From NCBI RefSeq assembly GCF_001194135.2, contig NC_068993.1:9654787-9718786 (forward strand): a stretch of 64,000 nt of DNA, given 5' to 3'. A model generated the notes under the pieces. The model ran no database searches, was not told the origin of the DNA, and saw only the letters and a program-made list of their open reading frames with translations. Both the position numbers and the translations under genes were made by a program. This document shows positions 1 through 14,825 of the stretch, one piece after another. The stretch's first letter is position 1; every line of letters begins with the position of its first letter. Origin of the DNA: Octopus bimaculoides (Eukaryota).

Positions 1-190
1 TCACTTGCCACCTAGGTAGGTGCTAGGCATAAGAACTACTTAAAAGGGGCTGCTGTAAAAAAAAATAATAAAATTGGTTAAGAACCATTGGGCTACACTA
101 AAGTTGCTTTATCCTTGGTGCAATATGAATTATACAGCTGTTATTTTTTCTTAAATTATTTCTTGCTATTTTATTTTCCTTCATTTTCAG

Positions 191-3100
191 CATTCCTCTG
201 AAGAGTTTAAATCACTAAAAGAGGACCTACAAAAAGTTTTAAAAGAAAATGATGAGTAAGTTATATTATGAAGTTATTAATTGCAATAATAAAACAATGC
301 TGTGATGTAAGAATATGGTCTGATTTGATGAAAATAAGTCAATGAAATTCTGGTTTAAGTACCCCATTATAACCCCTCATAACTTTTTCATTTTTTGGAA
401 TTTTCAGAAAATTTTTCGTGAATTCCTGTTCTATACATGGGAATTCACATGGTTATGAAAAAAAATGTGTGATTTAAGAGCAATTTAGCTGCTATTTTTA
501 GCACATCTCATGACCACCTGATACCTTCCTTATTTCGTTCGTGGAACTTGAATTTATGAAATAAGTATGAGGGGGATAGTCAATTACATCGACCCCAGTA
601 CTTGACTGGTATTTAATTTATCGACCCTGAAAAGATGAAAGGCCAAGTTGACCTCAGCGGAATTTGAACACAGAACATAGCAACGGGTGAAATGCCGCTA
701 AGCATTTCCTCCAGTGTACTAACGATTCTGTCAGCTTGCCTTATAATAATAATAATAATAATGATTATAATCCTTTCAGCTGTAGGTACAAGACCTGCAA
801 TTTTGTAGGGAGGGGCTTGTCAATTATGTTGAACCTAGAGCTCAACTGGTGCTTATTTTATCAACTCTAAAAAGCTGACAACCAAAGGTGACCAAGGTAA
901 AATTTGAACCCAGAACATAAAGCCAGAAGGCTGCCTTATCTTTGTGAAATATATGACGTACATGTTATTTGAATGAAACTTAAAAAGAAAAAAAAAAGAA
1001 AAGCAAGTAGAGTCTCTTGTTATTTTTTTTTTTTTTTTAACTTTAATCATGTAATATCTTTGCAATAATTTACGATTATTGATTTTTGATTTGGTCATTT
1101 TAAAGTTTGAGGAAACGTTTAAAAGAAACTTTAGAATTGGAAGCTGATGCTTTACCTGAAATCATCAAAGAAACAGACTCTGATCAGAAAACAGTTGAGA
1201 ATTTTAGGAAACAGATAGCCTTGCTTACAAAGGTAAATGGAGGTTCTTCTCTTTTTTTTCGTTTTTGTCATTGTTGTTTGTGTATGTATGTATGTGTGTG
1301 TGTGTGTGTTTTAATTATAAATTATTTTCAGACAGGCTTGAAGCAGACTTTGGTAGAGAGAGTATGACATTGATAAAGTTGCAAATGGCATAAACAGACT
1401 TTGATAAACTTAGCTGATTGATTGTTTGATTGAATGATTTATCAAACAATCGATTAATTAATTGGTTAAATAATTAATCTGTTGACAAACAAATAATAAA
1501 AAAAGTGAATTAGAACCAGTGTGTGTGTTTATTATTGGCATAATGACCCTCCCAAGATGCAAAATTATTCACGATAAAGCTAGCAAAAAGTATGCAATAT
1601 AAATCCGGAATGGATTTTATTTTATTATGTGTGGCACTTTTGGCAGGGGTCTTCTACTGTAGTCTTAGACTGATCTATGATTTGTGAGTGGAAGTGGTTG
1701 ATGGGGACTGAGAAGAAGTCCATCATGTGTGTGTGTGTACATGCATATGTAGGAATGTCAAATTTGTGTGCTCTCATTAACACTGCCTCAGTGAAAAATA
1801 GTGTTTTAGTTTAGATTGTCCACTAAGCAAAAGACCAACAATAGGGCTGGGCCAATCAAAGCCTTGTGAATGAATTTGGTAGACAGAAATGCAAAGGAGA
1901 CCACTGCATGTATATATATGTGCGTGTGTGTATGTGTGGGTATGCATGTATATGTGGGTGTGTGCATGGAGATATGTGTACCTGTATTGCTTCTTTTGAC
2001 ACTGCATGATAGATGTAAATGCATATCACTCTCATACAGGTGTTGTTAGTTTCCAATCTTCCTTGAAAGACATGTCTACCCATGAAGAAATATTTCCTTG
2101 CTTGGAAACAGATAAGGGTTGACAACAGGAAGTGCATCCAGCCATAGAAAATATGCCTTGACATTATTCATCTGATCTATGCAAGCATGGAAAATTTGAC
2201 ATTAGCAATTGATGACGACGATGATGATGGTGATAATAATGATGCAGTCAGAGTGCTTTCACATCTTGTTTTTGTTGTTGTTGTTTTTCAGGAAAAAGAA
2301 ACTGTGACAGAAATGTACCAAGAAGCTATGTCTCAAGTGAAGCAGTTAACATCAGATTTACAGGTTGAAATTTTTTGTATTGATTTGTTTAACAAATCAA
2401 TATATTAAGTCTTTTATTGATTTAGAAAATATATTTTATATATTAACTTTCACAAAAGATTAATATAATATCTATGTAGCATTTTTATACTGAAATGGAA
2501 ATCATTTAAGTTTAATATTTTAGTGCTTGTAGTTTTAGTCTGAGTTGGTGCTGTCTACTTTGATCTTGGAGATAGCACATTGAATATTTATAGTAACATT
2601 ATCCATCACCCAACATGAATGACAAATACATGGGCCATTTTTACAGAGAAAATCATACATACATGCACTCACAAGAAACCCACATGAATGCACATATACC
2701 ACTGGTAACAGCTTGCTAAATCTTACTCTTCATATTCCAATCCTGTACCTTAAACATCATCATGTGACCAAAGTTGACTAATGAAAACATGGATCAGATG
2801 GTGTAATCCTAATATCACATCATATAATATTATACATATATATATACATACATACATACACACATACTTACACACACACACACATATATAAGCAAATCAT
2901 CATTGTATGTTTTATATATTTTCATGTATTTTCACTTCATTATAAAATTGTAAAATTTATCTAAATCCCATTTCTTCTGTAGAATTTGAAAAGCAACCAG
3001 CCATGGGATGATCTTGAGAAGCAGACCAACCGGGTACGTTACATAAACATCATATCTGAAGTTTGACTTACCACAACTTATTTTTCCCCTCCCACCTTTC

Positions 3101-6100
3101 CTGAAAGCCAATTTTCATGTTTACTCAAGCAGTCAGCTGAAAGGCTGTTTGCTCAGGCCAAAACACACAACTCTCAAATTACTCATTCCATTTAGAAGAA
3201 TGTAAGCTCTGCAAAGCAGGAATGACTCATGACTGTAATTAATGGTTGTACTATCAAACTGATGTGTTCTTTGTTGATTCACAGTTCTGACCTCATCTCC
3301 TCCTCTGTGTTTGGAGAAACAATGGAGAGAAGCTATTATAGTGTTTAACCCTAGTCCACAGTCACACAGTAATTTTGAGCTATCTTTCCAATAGAATTCA
3401 GGTTCCTCACACTGTCTTTGACGGCTGTTTGCAACAACCCTTACCATTTCACATAAAGTCCATCAAGCACTGGCGTCCCACCAGAAGATGAATATATTAC
3501 ACAACTACAACTCTGTGTTTGTTTAACAGCTCTTTGTGGAAAGAATGGGTGTGGGTTTATATACAATGCTGCATTATAGTGGAGAGCATTATTTATAATG
3601 AAGTGAACGTTACTATTAAGCCCAGGTCAGTCCCAGTCATTTCCAGTGTTGACAGTACTGCCTTTTTCACAGACATATTCTTGCAGGTGTCATTAAAAAA
3701 AAGCTCTATGTCAGTCACCAAAAAATTTTGGATTCAGTTCAGTAAACTATATTCCCATATATGCCTTATGTAAATTGGCTTTGTGTCTCTTCAAAAGAAA
3801 TCAGTTCATTTTATAACATTGATTGATTGATTGATTGACTAATTGATTAAGTGATCAAACAATTGGTTGATTGAGAGAATGATTGATTGTTGTTATATAT
3901 TCATCTTCACAGATGAAGAACCAATATTATACGTCAGTACAATCAATCGTTGCTGAAGTGGAACCTTTACAGAAAAATCTCAGGTAGTTGTGTTACTTAA
4001 TTTTTGTTTTCATTATATTTGTGGCTTTTGTGAATGATAGATGAATGGTGACTCCTTGATGTGTTCCTCCCCTTTTGCAGACATCTATTGTTTTTCGTCC
4101 TATCAAATTGTTCATTCACCCTTCACATATAACAAAACCCCTGGAGTGGCATTTCCAGTTTAGTTGCTGACAACCTGGCTATGAAACAGATATAATTGCT
4201 ATACATGATTACTATTAGCAAATCATTTTTGATCTGACCTGTTTATATACTGCTGATAAAAGTGGTAATATTAGTCAAATTTCAAAATGCTCACTTAACA
4301 AACAAGTTTATAACATATTTTATCTATCTTAATTCTGTCTTCTCTCTTCATTCTACATTTCATCGAAATTGAACCAAATTTGATGACTGACACCCCTCTC
4401 AGTGGAGCGCTAATAGCACCGTCCGAGCGTGATCATTGCCAGAGCAGCTGTTTGGCTTCCATGCCAGTGGCACGTAAATAGCACCATTTGAACATGATCG
4501 TTACCAGCGTCACCTTACTGGCACTTGTGCCGGTGGCATGTGAAATAAACATTCGAGCGAGGTCGTTGCCAGTGCCGCTGGACTGGCTCCTGTGCAGGTG
4601 GTACGTAAAAAACACCGCTTGAGCGTGACCGTTGCCAGTACCGCCTGACTGGCCCTCGTGCCAATGGCACGTAAAAGCACCCACTACACTTTCAGAGTGG
4701 TTGGCATTAGGAAGGGCATCCAGCTGTAGAAACTCTGCCAGATCAGAGTGGAGCCTGGTGTAGCCATCTGGCTCACCAGTCCTCAGTCAAATCGTCCAAC
4801 CCATGCTAGCATGGAAAGCGGATGTTAAACGGTGATGGTGATGATGATGATTATTATAATTATTATTATTATTATTAAGGCAGAAAGCTGGGAGAATCAT
4901 TAGCACACCAGGTAAAATGCTTTGTGGCATTGTGTCTGTCTTTACATTCTGAGTTCAAATTCCACTGAGGTTGACTTTATCTTTTATTCTGTTGAGATTG
5001 ATCTAAGAAGTACCAGTAAAATACTGGAATTGATGCAATCGACTTACTCTCTCCCCTGAAATTGCTGGCCTTGTGCCAAAATTTGAAACCAATATGTTTT
5101 GGCAGATTCGAACTTGAATATTTGACTGCTAGTTTTTTTCATCAACGCAGAATACTTTAAGGTTATTATTTGGATTCACGCTGTTTTATATGTATCGCAT
5201 AAATTATTCTAATTTACTTCTTACATAATGCCTTATTTGGTGACAAAAAAAAAAAAAAGGGTTTATTTTTCACTTCAGGGAAAAAGAGAAGGAAGTAATA
5301 AACTTGAAAGTCAATAATGAAACTTTGCAGGCCGCCGTTGAAGAACTCAAGCGAAAACTCAAATGGAAGGTAAATGAAGACTATATTTTACATCTTCAAG
5401 ACTCGTAGTCTTGACTCGTAGTTCAAATCATCTTCAAGACTTAGTTTTCCACAGTCTTTCTGTGCTGTTTCTTTATAATTATGTCTCAGTTTTTTTATGT
5501 AATTTTCAGATGTATTTTTTAATCTTACTCCGAGTCTATGGGAGTTTCTTATACATGGATGGATAGAATTATAATCCCTTACAAAGCCTTTTTTCCAAAT
5601 TTTAAGCCCCCAAAATTAGGGGGGCTCCTTATACATGTTAAAATATGGTAAGTGGAGTGGAGTCGAGTCAAGTTGAGTCAAGTATTGAAGAATGTGAAAG
5701 TATGATTGAGGAACAGGAACTGGTTTTTTGGCAAAGTGGTGAATACATGGCTTTCTGAGTTGGAAAGAGAGAGAAATGGTGATAGCGTACCCTGAAGGCA
5801 CACAGTGTATATGTGAGTGATAATAAGGGTAGAGGAACAGAAAGGTGGATGGATGGGTGGGTGAAGAAAAAATAATTCTCTTTTTTTCAATCAGTGTTGA
5901 ACTGTTGTCATCCCTGTCTTCTCTTTTCATTTTCCGTAGGAACAAGAATTGGTTGAACTGGCCCAGAAAGACTGTAATTCTGGTGAAGTGGTCACCAATA
6001 TGAAAAGGCATGCATCAAGTTTGGAAAATGAGTAAGTTTGATCTTATTTTCCCATTCTTTAATGAAAATAGATTTATGTTGATGATGATGATGATGATGA

Positions 6101-6128
6101 TAACAATGATGATGATGATGACAACAAC

Positions 6129-6159
<31 letters not shown>

Positions 6160-6406
6160 TTGATGACAACAATGATGATGATGATGACAGTAGTGGTGGC
6201 GGCAGCTATGATGAAGATGATGCTGGTGATAATGACAGTTGTAGTGTTTGGTGGTGGTGATGATGATGATGACTATGGTGGTGGCAGCTATGATGAGAAT
6301 AATGTTGCTCATAATGACAGTGGTAGTAGTGGTGGTGGTGGTGGTGGTAATGCTGCCACTGATAATAATCATGGTGATGATAGAATAATGATGATGAGGA
6401 TGTTGC

Positions 6407-6437
<31 letters not shown>

Positions 6438-9164
6438 GGTGGTGGTGATGGTGATAATGATAATGGCAATATATTTGTTGTTATATTTCCAGTTTAAAAT
6501 CCAAAGCTGAAGAACTTCAGCAACTGAACGAGAAAAATTCTGAACTTGAAAAGTGGATTATTTTACAGCAAGAGAAAAAGTAACTTACCAAATTCCATTT
6601 TCCTTTTATATCAATATATTTTTACAATTTCATTTTACTTAGCTTTTTTTTTTACCCTGTGCACTTAAGCAAAAGCAGGGTATTGTAATCTGTGTGTTTG
6701 CAAATTTACTTGTAAATGGCTGAATGGATTTTCACCAAATTTGGCAGAAATATTCATTGGGTGAGTGGCTCAAAATGATGAACATTTGGTTTGATTATCC
6801 TTAAAAAAAATTTTTTTTTCATTTATTACTATATTCTTCTGTACACAATCATAGAAACTTGGATATATATACATCGAACCCATGCAAGCATGAGAAAGTA
6901 GGGACATTAATACGATGATTTGTCTGTGTGTCTATCCGTCTGTCCGTCCGTCCATCCATCCATTTATCTATCTATCAACTAATCAATCAATCAATCAATG
7001 AGTCATTATAGATAAAGAAAAAGATAAACAGATAATAAGCATTGTCTAAGTTTTTTCTTTTTCTTTGAACATATACAAGAACCTTGAACTATGACAGCTT
7101 ATTGACTGAATCCTAATTTTCCATTGATGTTTATAGTACCACGCTGGAGAAACAAATGCAGGATATGATGGAAGACAGGAAAAATGCTCAGCAGATTGTG
7201 GAAAATGCGATTCTAGATAAAGATTTGGTAAAAAATACCTTTAGATATCTTTCAAAATTGATTGAGTATGTCTCCACACATGCACGTGTGTGTGTNNNNN
7301 NNNNNGGGGGGGGGGGGTGCAGTGATGTTACTTAATATTGAGACAAATATACAATTAGGATTAAGTTTGTTTTATGTATATTTGATCATTTGTTTGACTA
7401 ATCCATACAAGGCAGTACCCCAGCATGGCTGTATTCCAATGACTAAAACAAGTAAACAGTAAAGTATATATATATATATATATATATTGTTGTACTTGGG
7501 GATGGTCATATTGCCAGTTTAGCCAATAAAAACACACGCACTGTATATTTGGTGTTAATTTTTTTTTTTTTTTTTTCAGCTTTATATTACATTAATCTTA
7601 ATCTTAATCTTATTTCGGCCAGAGTTCTTTCGTCACACTTCTGTGACCTCATCAGTGGTCCTTTGTTTCCTTCTTTCTTATGTGTGTCTCACCTTGCTAT
7701 ATATATATATATATATAAGGCGCATGGCTCAATGGTTAGAGTGTCAGGCTCATAATCATGAGGTAGTGAGTTTGATTTCTGGACCAAGCTGTGTGTTGTG
7801 TTCTTGAGCAAGACACTTTATTTCACATTGCTCCAGTTCACTCAGCTGTAGAAATGAGTTGTGACATCACTGGTGCCAAGCTGTGTCAGCTTTTGTCTTT
7901 TCCCTTGGATAATATCAGTGGTTTGGAGAGGGGAGGTTGGTATGCATGGGAAACTGCTGGTCTTCCATAAACAACCTTGCCTGGACTTGTGCCCCAAAGG
8001 GGAACTTTCTAGGTGCAATCCCATGGTCATACATGACTGAAGTGGGCTCTCTGAAATATATATATATATCTATATATCAGCCATGTGTGTATATAAACAA
8101 ACTTACATTTGTTTTTTTGAAGCACTTAATGTGTATCGTACAATACAGACGAAAAGATGATATTTTTGAACATAGTATCACCATTGAAACAACATATATA
8201 TATATGTATATATATGCATACATACACTTGTGTGTGTGTGTGTTTGCACCCCCGCCTTCTTGACATTGTGTGATAGTTACAAGATTTTGTAAATATTTCT
8301 TTGTGACTAATCTTCTTTTGTCGTTAAATCCTTACATCTTCACTTCTGATTTGTCTCTGTTTGCTAAATATTCCTATTTCTTTACCGAAGGCCAAAGAAG
8401 TTTCCGCTCAAAGACAAGAACAAATTAACCATTTACAGAAAGTCGTTGATGACTTGATGGACGATGTTGGCAAAGCAACCAGAAAAGAGGTAAAAAAAAA
8501 ACAAACAAACAAACAAAAATAACAACAACAACAGCAAAAATTCTTAACAAATTTTTAAAAAAAATTTATATATATTTCTTTGAATTTCATTATTTCTATG
8601 TTTCTTTTGTTACTTATTGTTTTTTTTTCTTTTTATTTCCATGAAAATTTTAGTTGTTGTTGTTGATGTGCTGGTTCTTTGAATTTCGGTATTATGTGAT
8701 GATGAAATGTTTTCTTTCCAAACTCTCACTATATTCCAGGTAGATGATGTGAAATCTCTTCTCAATGTCAGGATTGTAAAACTGAATGAAAAAGTCCATT
8801 TCCTAGAAATGGTAAGTAGTAAATGTGTCACTGTCCGAAATTTAAATATGTCTTCATCATTGCTATAGAACTGATATAAATTCTCTATGGGTGACTCTCT
8901 CTGATATGGTTTCAATTCTTGGCTGGGCCCTTTTCAATTTTTTTCCCCTATTTTTATTTTATTATTTTACTTATTTACTTATTTTCATATTTCATATTTT
9001 GTTGTTGGTTAACTTGTTTTTTATTTATATTATATTTATTATATATTTATTTATTTTGGTTTTCTAGGAACGTTCTGAGAGGGAAGTCAATATGGAAAGA
9101 TGTCTAAGAGATAAAAAAAATGTTGAGTCAGAATTGCAAAATGTAAGTTATTTGTAGCCTGATT

Positions 9165-9202
<38 letters not shown>

Positions 9203-11842
9203 GGTGTGTGGGTGTGCTGCATGTATGTGTTTCACGCAAGTGTGAGTGAACATATGCATAAAGGCACACATACCTGGGTGTGCGTACGCGCATATGTATG
9301 AATGTACATACGCGATTGCTATGAGCATTTTTACTTCTTTACTTTTTACTTCCTACCCTTCGGTTTTCCCCCCTCATTTAACGGTCATTCTAATAGCTCT
9401 TTTGTCTTAATAACGGTCATTACATAGTAATTTCTCTTCGTTTAATGGTCATTTTCATAGCATATTTTGATTGCCTCAATAACTGACAAGATGCCAAAGC
9501 ACGTTTCTGCCCTGACATCCGAAACTCGGAGTCTTATTATGGCAACCGAATAATTGTCACATATTATATTACAGATATATATATATCTATATATATATAT
9601 TGGAAGTTAATTATATGGCTGGTCATAGAGTGACCAGTGGTTTCACATCCATAAATCACTCTAATGGATATATGCCTGTGACAATTAGAGTCCAACAAGC
9701 TGTCTATGAGGCTAAGCGCTTTATGGAAGCAAAACCATTCATCACAGAGCCGGTTTCAGCTGGTTTGGTAATGAAAAGATTACTGCTGCATATTGTTGCC
9801 ATCATATGTTATCTGTTTGACATAGAATACTGTCAATCTCACACCAGGTCCGTCAAAACTTTGTAGAGGAGACCAAATCATTCAATGAAGTCAAAGAAAA
9901 GCTAACGCAGCGTTTAACAGAAGCATTAAAATCTAAAGATGCCACTGAGAGGAAGCTTGACAAATTTGAACATCAACAGGAACGTGATAAGAAAAAGTAA
10001 GACTTGTTTGTTTATTTTTGTTTATTTTCTTTTTATTTCTTCCTTTTCTTTTTAAAGTTAAAATTGTTCGAAAGGCAATCCAGTGTAGAATTAAGTAAGC
10101 TGTTTAATTTCTTCTGTCAATAAAATCCAAGCTAATGAAAGAATTCCTGTGTGAGAACTTCAAGGCAATGAGGGGAGCCTCTATGCAGTTGTTTGATTTG
10201 GTAGAAATAGCTGCCAAATTTTACCCAAATCACACCCTACCATTTTGAGAAAGGAAGGACATATTGAATAGCGTTGTCATGTATGTACTCATCATCATTG
10301 TTCTTATGTTTACTTTTCCATTCTTGCACGGGTGAGCCGGACAGACAGACACACACACATGCATGCGCGACAAATTTCTTTCAGTTTCTACCTACCAAAT
10401 CCACTCACAAGGCTTTGGTCGGCCCAGGGCTATAGTAGAAGGCACTTGCCTAAAGTGCCATTCAGTGGGACTGAACCCAGAACCATGCAGTTGGGAAGCA
10501 AGCTTCTTATCACACAGCCATGCTTGCATATGTATAATGTATGCACTTGATTTCACAGTATAGCAAATAGAAGTTCCTGAGGTCGAGTTTGCATTTGGAC
10601 CGTCCAAAGTTTATAAAACAAATACCAGTTTTGTACTGGGGTTATTTACATTGACTGAAACTATTTTGTATGCATCGATATAATGTGTGTGTGTGAGTGT
10701 GTGATTGATTTTGCAGTATAGTAAGTATAGGTAGGTACATGTGTGATCAACTAATTTCACTCACAGAAAGATAATTGAAATTGTGGCTTGTGTTTGTGTT
10801 TCAGTTTGAACCAGAAAATAGATCTTTTAATGAAAGAAAATGAGAAACTGAAAGAACAAGTGTCTTCACTGAACAGTGACAACAGCCGACTGTCAGAAGG
10901 TAAACTTCAGCTGATCCAAGAAATTAACGAACTGAAAGCGAATATCTTACAGGCAAACAACGAACGGGATGAGATACAGCGCAACATGCGTAAGAGGGTG
11001 AGTACAAGACTTCAAAATGTGATTTTTGATTGGAGAAGACCTGGCGAAAATGAAATTGTGTGGCATTCATGCCTTTGTCCAGGAACTTTAGTGAGAAAAG
11101 TGATTGAAATAGCTACATCTATATGGGTATGTAGACATATGGCTGTGTAGTTGATAGTTTTGTTTTACAGTTGCATAATTTTGCAGGTTCTGTCCCACTG
11201 TGTGGCATCTTGGGCAAGTACCTTGTACTGATCAATGCTTTGAAAATGAGATTAGTAGATGGAAACTGTGCAGAAGCACATCTTATGTACATGTGTATCC
11301 GTATGTGTCTTGTCAAATTACCTCTCTCTGGGACGCTGAGAAGATCTTGGTTAGGTGAAATGAAACTATTCTCTGTTACTGGGGGTAAGGGAAGTCTTTT
11401 TAAAATTCAGGGTTTTTGGAGAATTTTTTTTTAGGAGATTTCTAGCATAGAATCATGAGTCCTTCCTTGAGTCTCTATTCTTTGAACCACTAAATTACAG
11501 GCTCTGGGCTGATATATAGGCTCTAAACTGATATATAATGATTTTTATATTTTGATAGATTGCTGTTATGAAAGAAGAAATGTCTTCCAACTCACAAGAT
11601 TTTGAATTGAAACTGCAGAGTTTCGAAGATGGAAATCATTACACTATGGTGGAATTAAAGAAGCTTCTCAATTCACAGAAAATAATTAGCAGAAGGTTGC
11701 TCTCTTTATTGTTCTCCTATGTTCATTCAGTATAGCTTCTCCCACATTTCAAATAATGTAATATAAAAATTAAAAAAAAAAAATTCATTTAGAGTAAAAT
11801 CACCTCAAAATACAGTTGATAATTCTTTGCTTGAAATTCTGA

Positions 11843-11903
<61 letters not shown>

Positions 11904-14736
11904 GCATTGAAAAATACCTTAGGAATGAGAACCCTGGTTCAAAATTTCCCCAAGACACCTGATGAAGGATGGGGAGTATATCAGCCGAAATGTTGTGTTA
12001 ACAACAAATAAGATGAGGACAAATATCTGTCAAATGTAAATAATGTAAATAATGTATATAATTTCTCATCTCTTAAATATAGAACTACTTTGCTATTCTA
12101 AAATAATATTTCATTTGTTCTGTGTATTGTCCATTTGGCAGATGGAAAGAAGAATGCGGTACGATTTCAAAGAAATACGACGAGAAAATAGCACAAATTC
12201 GATCTGAGCTGAAACGTTACAAAACTCGCAACTCTGAACTGAAATCTTCGTTGCAAGAATGTCAAGTTAAGATGACAGAGGTAAGCAAGAACCAGCAGAA
12301 ATGTCTTTTGATCTTTCTGGGGGGGGGGGGACGTTTGTATAACACCGTTCAATAAAAGGGGACACAGAACTACAAAAGGTTAAGAAATATTGGTCTAAAT
12401 GAATAAGGTTTTGGCTCTTCAGCTGAAAAGTTTTGGGTTCATATTCCATCATTGCATTGTCTTGTATCTTTTTACTTGTTTCAGTCATTAGATTGTGGCC
12501 ATGCTGGGGCACCACCTTGAAGAGATTTTATTTGAATGAATTGATCTCCAGGACTTTTTCTTGTTTTAAGCCTGGTACTTATTCTGTTGGTCTCTTTCAC
12601 GAAGCTGCTAAGTTATGGGGGCATAAACACACCAATACCACACACACACACACACACAGATATATATGTATGAAGGGATTCTTTCAGTTTCCATCTAACA
12701 CATTCACTCACAAGGCTTTGGTGCTGGTGGCACATAAAAAGCACCATTCAAACATGGCTGATGCCAGTACCCCTTGACTGGCTCCTGTGCCGGTGACATG
12801 TAAAAAGCACTCACTACACTCTCGGAGTGGTTGGCATTAGGAAGGGCATCCAGCTGTAGAAACATTGCCAGATCAGATCGGAGCCTGGTGCAGCCACTTG
12901 CTCTCCAGACCTCAGTCAAACCGCCCAACCCATGCCAGCATGGAAAACGGACGTCAAACGATGATGATGATGTTTTCCATTCTAATTAGGTGTGGATGAG
13001 TCTGTCTCACTGCAGCTTCCCCCAGACATTGCTCCCTAAATACAACTATGCTGGCTTTGTTTGATACATTTGGTGATGATTCTTAGCTACTTTGTTATGC
13101 TTCTCTCACACCTGATAATTTTATGGCTTTTATCTTTTATCTTCTAGTTGTCTCAGTCATTAGACTGTGGCCATGTTGGGGCACCTGTTTTGAATTTTTA
13201 GTCTCTTTTGCCACTTGCTAAGTTGTGGGGATCTAAACACACAAACACCAGTTGTCAAGCAGTGGTAGTGGACAAACACAGAGACAAAGACACACATACG
13301 TTGATGTATATATATTTATATATAGATATATATAGGACAGGCTTCTTTCAGTTTCCATCTACCAAGTCCACTCACAAAGCTTTTTAGTGGTCCCAGAGCT
13401 ATAATAGAAGACAGTTGTCCATGTGCCACACGGTGGGACTGAACCTGAAACGATGTGGTTGGGAAGCAAGCTTCTTACCACACAGCTACACCTATGCCTG
13501 TATACTTATTGTTTCTTTCTTTCTTACCTTCTCTCACAATTTAGAGTGGACAGGTATTGAAAGATTACACGGCCAAAATACAAAGAATGGAAAGTCATCT
13601 GAGAGAAGCTCAGAACAAAGCCATGGAATCAGAACGAAAGGTAAGTTGTGAATGTTGAGGAAAGGGTCTTTGGAATGAAGGAAATATGGGAAATACTTAG
13701 ATACCTCCATCACTGTTTCAGTTGAATATGTTATCATCATCATTATCATCACCACTGCCAACACCACCCCAGTACCACTACCACTACCACCACCACCAAC
13801 ACGCAGCCCATCAGGGATTCGAATCGTTAGCATGCCGGGCAAAATGTTTGGTGGCATTTCGTCCATCCTTGCATTCTGAGTTCAAATTCTGCTGAGGTTG
13901 ACTTTGCCTTTCGTCCTTTTGGGGGGTCGGTGAAATAAGACTGGGGGTCGATGTAATCAACTTGCCCCTCCCCCAAAATTTTAGGCCTTGTGCCTATAGT
14001 AGAAAATATTATTATTATCATTATTATTTTTTGTTATTATATTTCAGCTAACACATTTACAAATGAAACATCGAGAAATTGCAAGTGAAAACATCTTTTT
14101 ACTGAACGAATCTAATAAAAACGAGAATAATTCTGTAAAGTATGACAAATGCTTCTTTTTCTTATTAAATTATTCATAATTTATTTTATGTAGGCTAGGA
14201 GATAGAGTTGTCATCACACACATTATATATGTACGTATTTTGCATTAGTTAAGGAACGGCGATGAATGAAAATTCTGTAAATATGATTATTAGTTTAAGC
14301 ATATAAATATTCACTGTATATTAGCTATAAAAAATAGTCTAATATTGTGGCATATTGATGGAAAAAAATGGATAAATATGAGTGGGAATTGAGCCCACTC
14401 CTCTAATCCATTCTTTTCCATTGAGGGCTTATATGCCACCAATTTTAGTCTATTCTCTATAGCTAATATACAATGAATGCTTATACGCTTAGGCTTATAA
14501 TTATATTTACAGAATATGTATGAGGATGCGTGGGTGTTGCACTCACAATTGTGATATCATGATTTCAGTTCTTAGACCAGGTGGGGTGCTGTGTTCTTGA
14601 GCAAAGCACTGCATCTCATGTTGTCCTGCAATCACTTCAACACCTGATGGATGATAGACAGCGCGCCTTTTCAGACAATGTTGATTTGATGGAGAGAATG
14701 AACTAATGTGCGGCATTGAAAATTAGCTATAAACAA

Positions 14737-14825
<89 letters not shown>

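Noticed and set aside
4433-4684. Regularly spaced GTGCCA..GGCAC units resembling a CRISPR or repeat array
   Set aside because: These are internal sub-repeats of an RTE-type 3' UTR present in several copies; eukaryotic context, no constant repeat-spacer structure.
6010-6510. 166-aa Met/Asp/Gly-rich ORF and the overlapping poly-His and poly-Thr ORFs
   Set aside because: Pure trinucleotide microsatellite read-through between two real SCLT1 exons.
6607-7139. Possible U12 AT-AC intron (ATATCA donor, TCCTAAT branch-like site, AC acceptor) to fix the SCLT1 phase conflict
   Set aside because: The donor lacks the near-invariant ATATCCT and would insert an unlikely hydrophobic stretch into the coiled coil.
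14140-14179. Read-through of SCLT1 exon 18 to an in-frame TAA as an alternative C-terminus
   Set aside because: A normal AA|GTATGA donor and a phase-compatible terminal exon at 15397 exist; nothing in the sequence favours retention.
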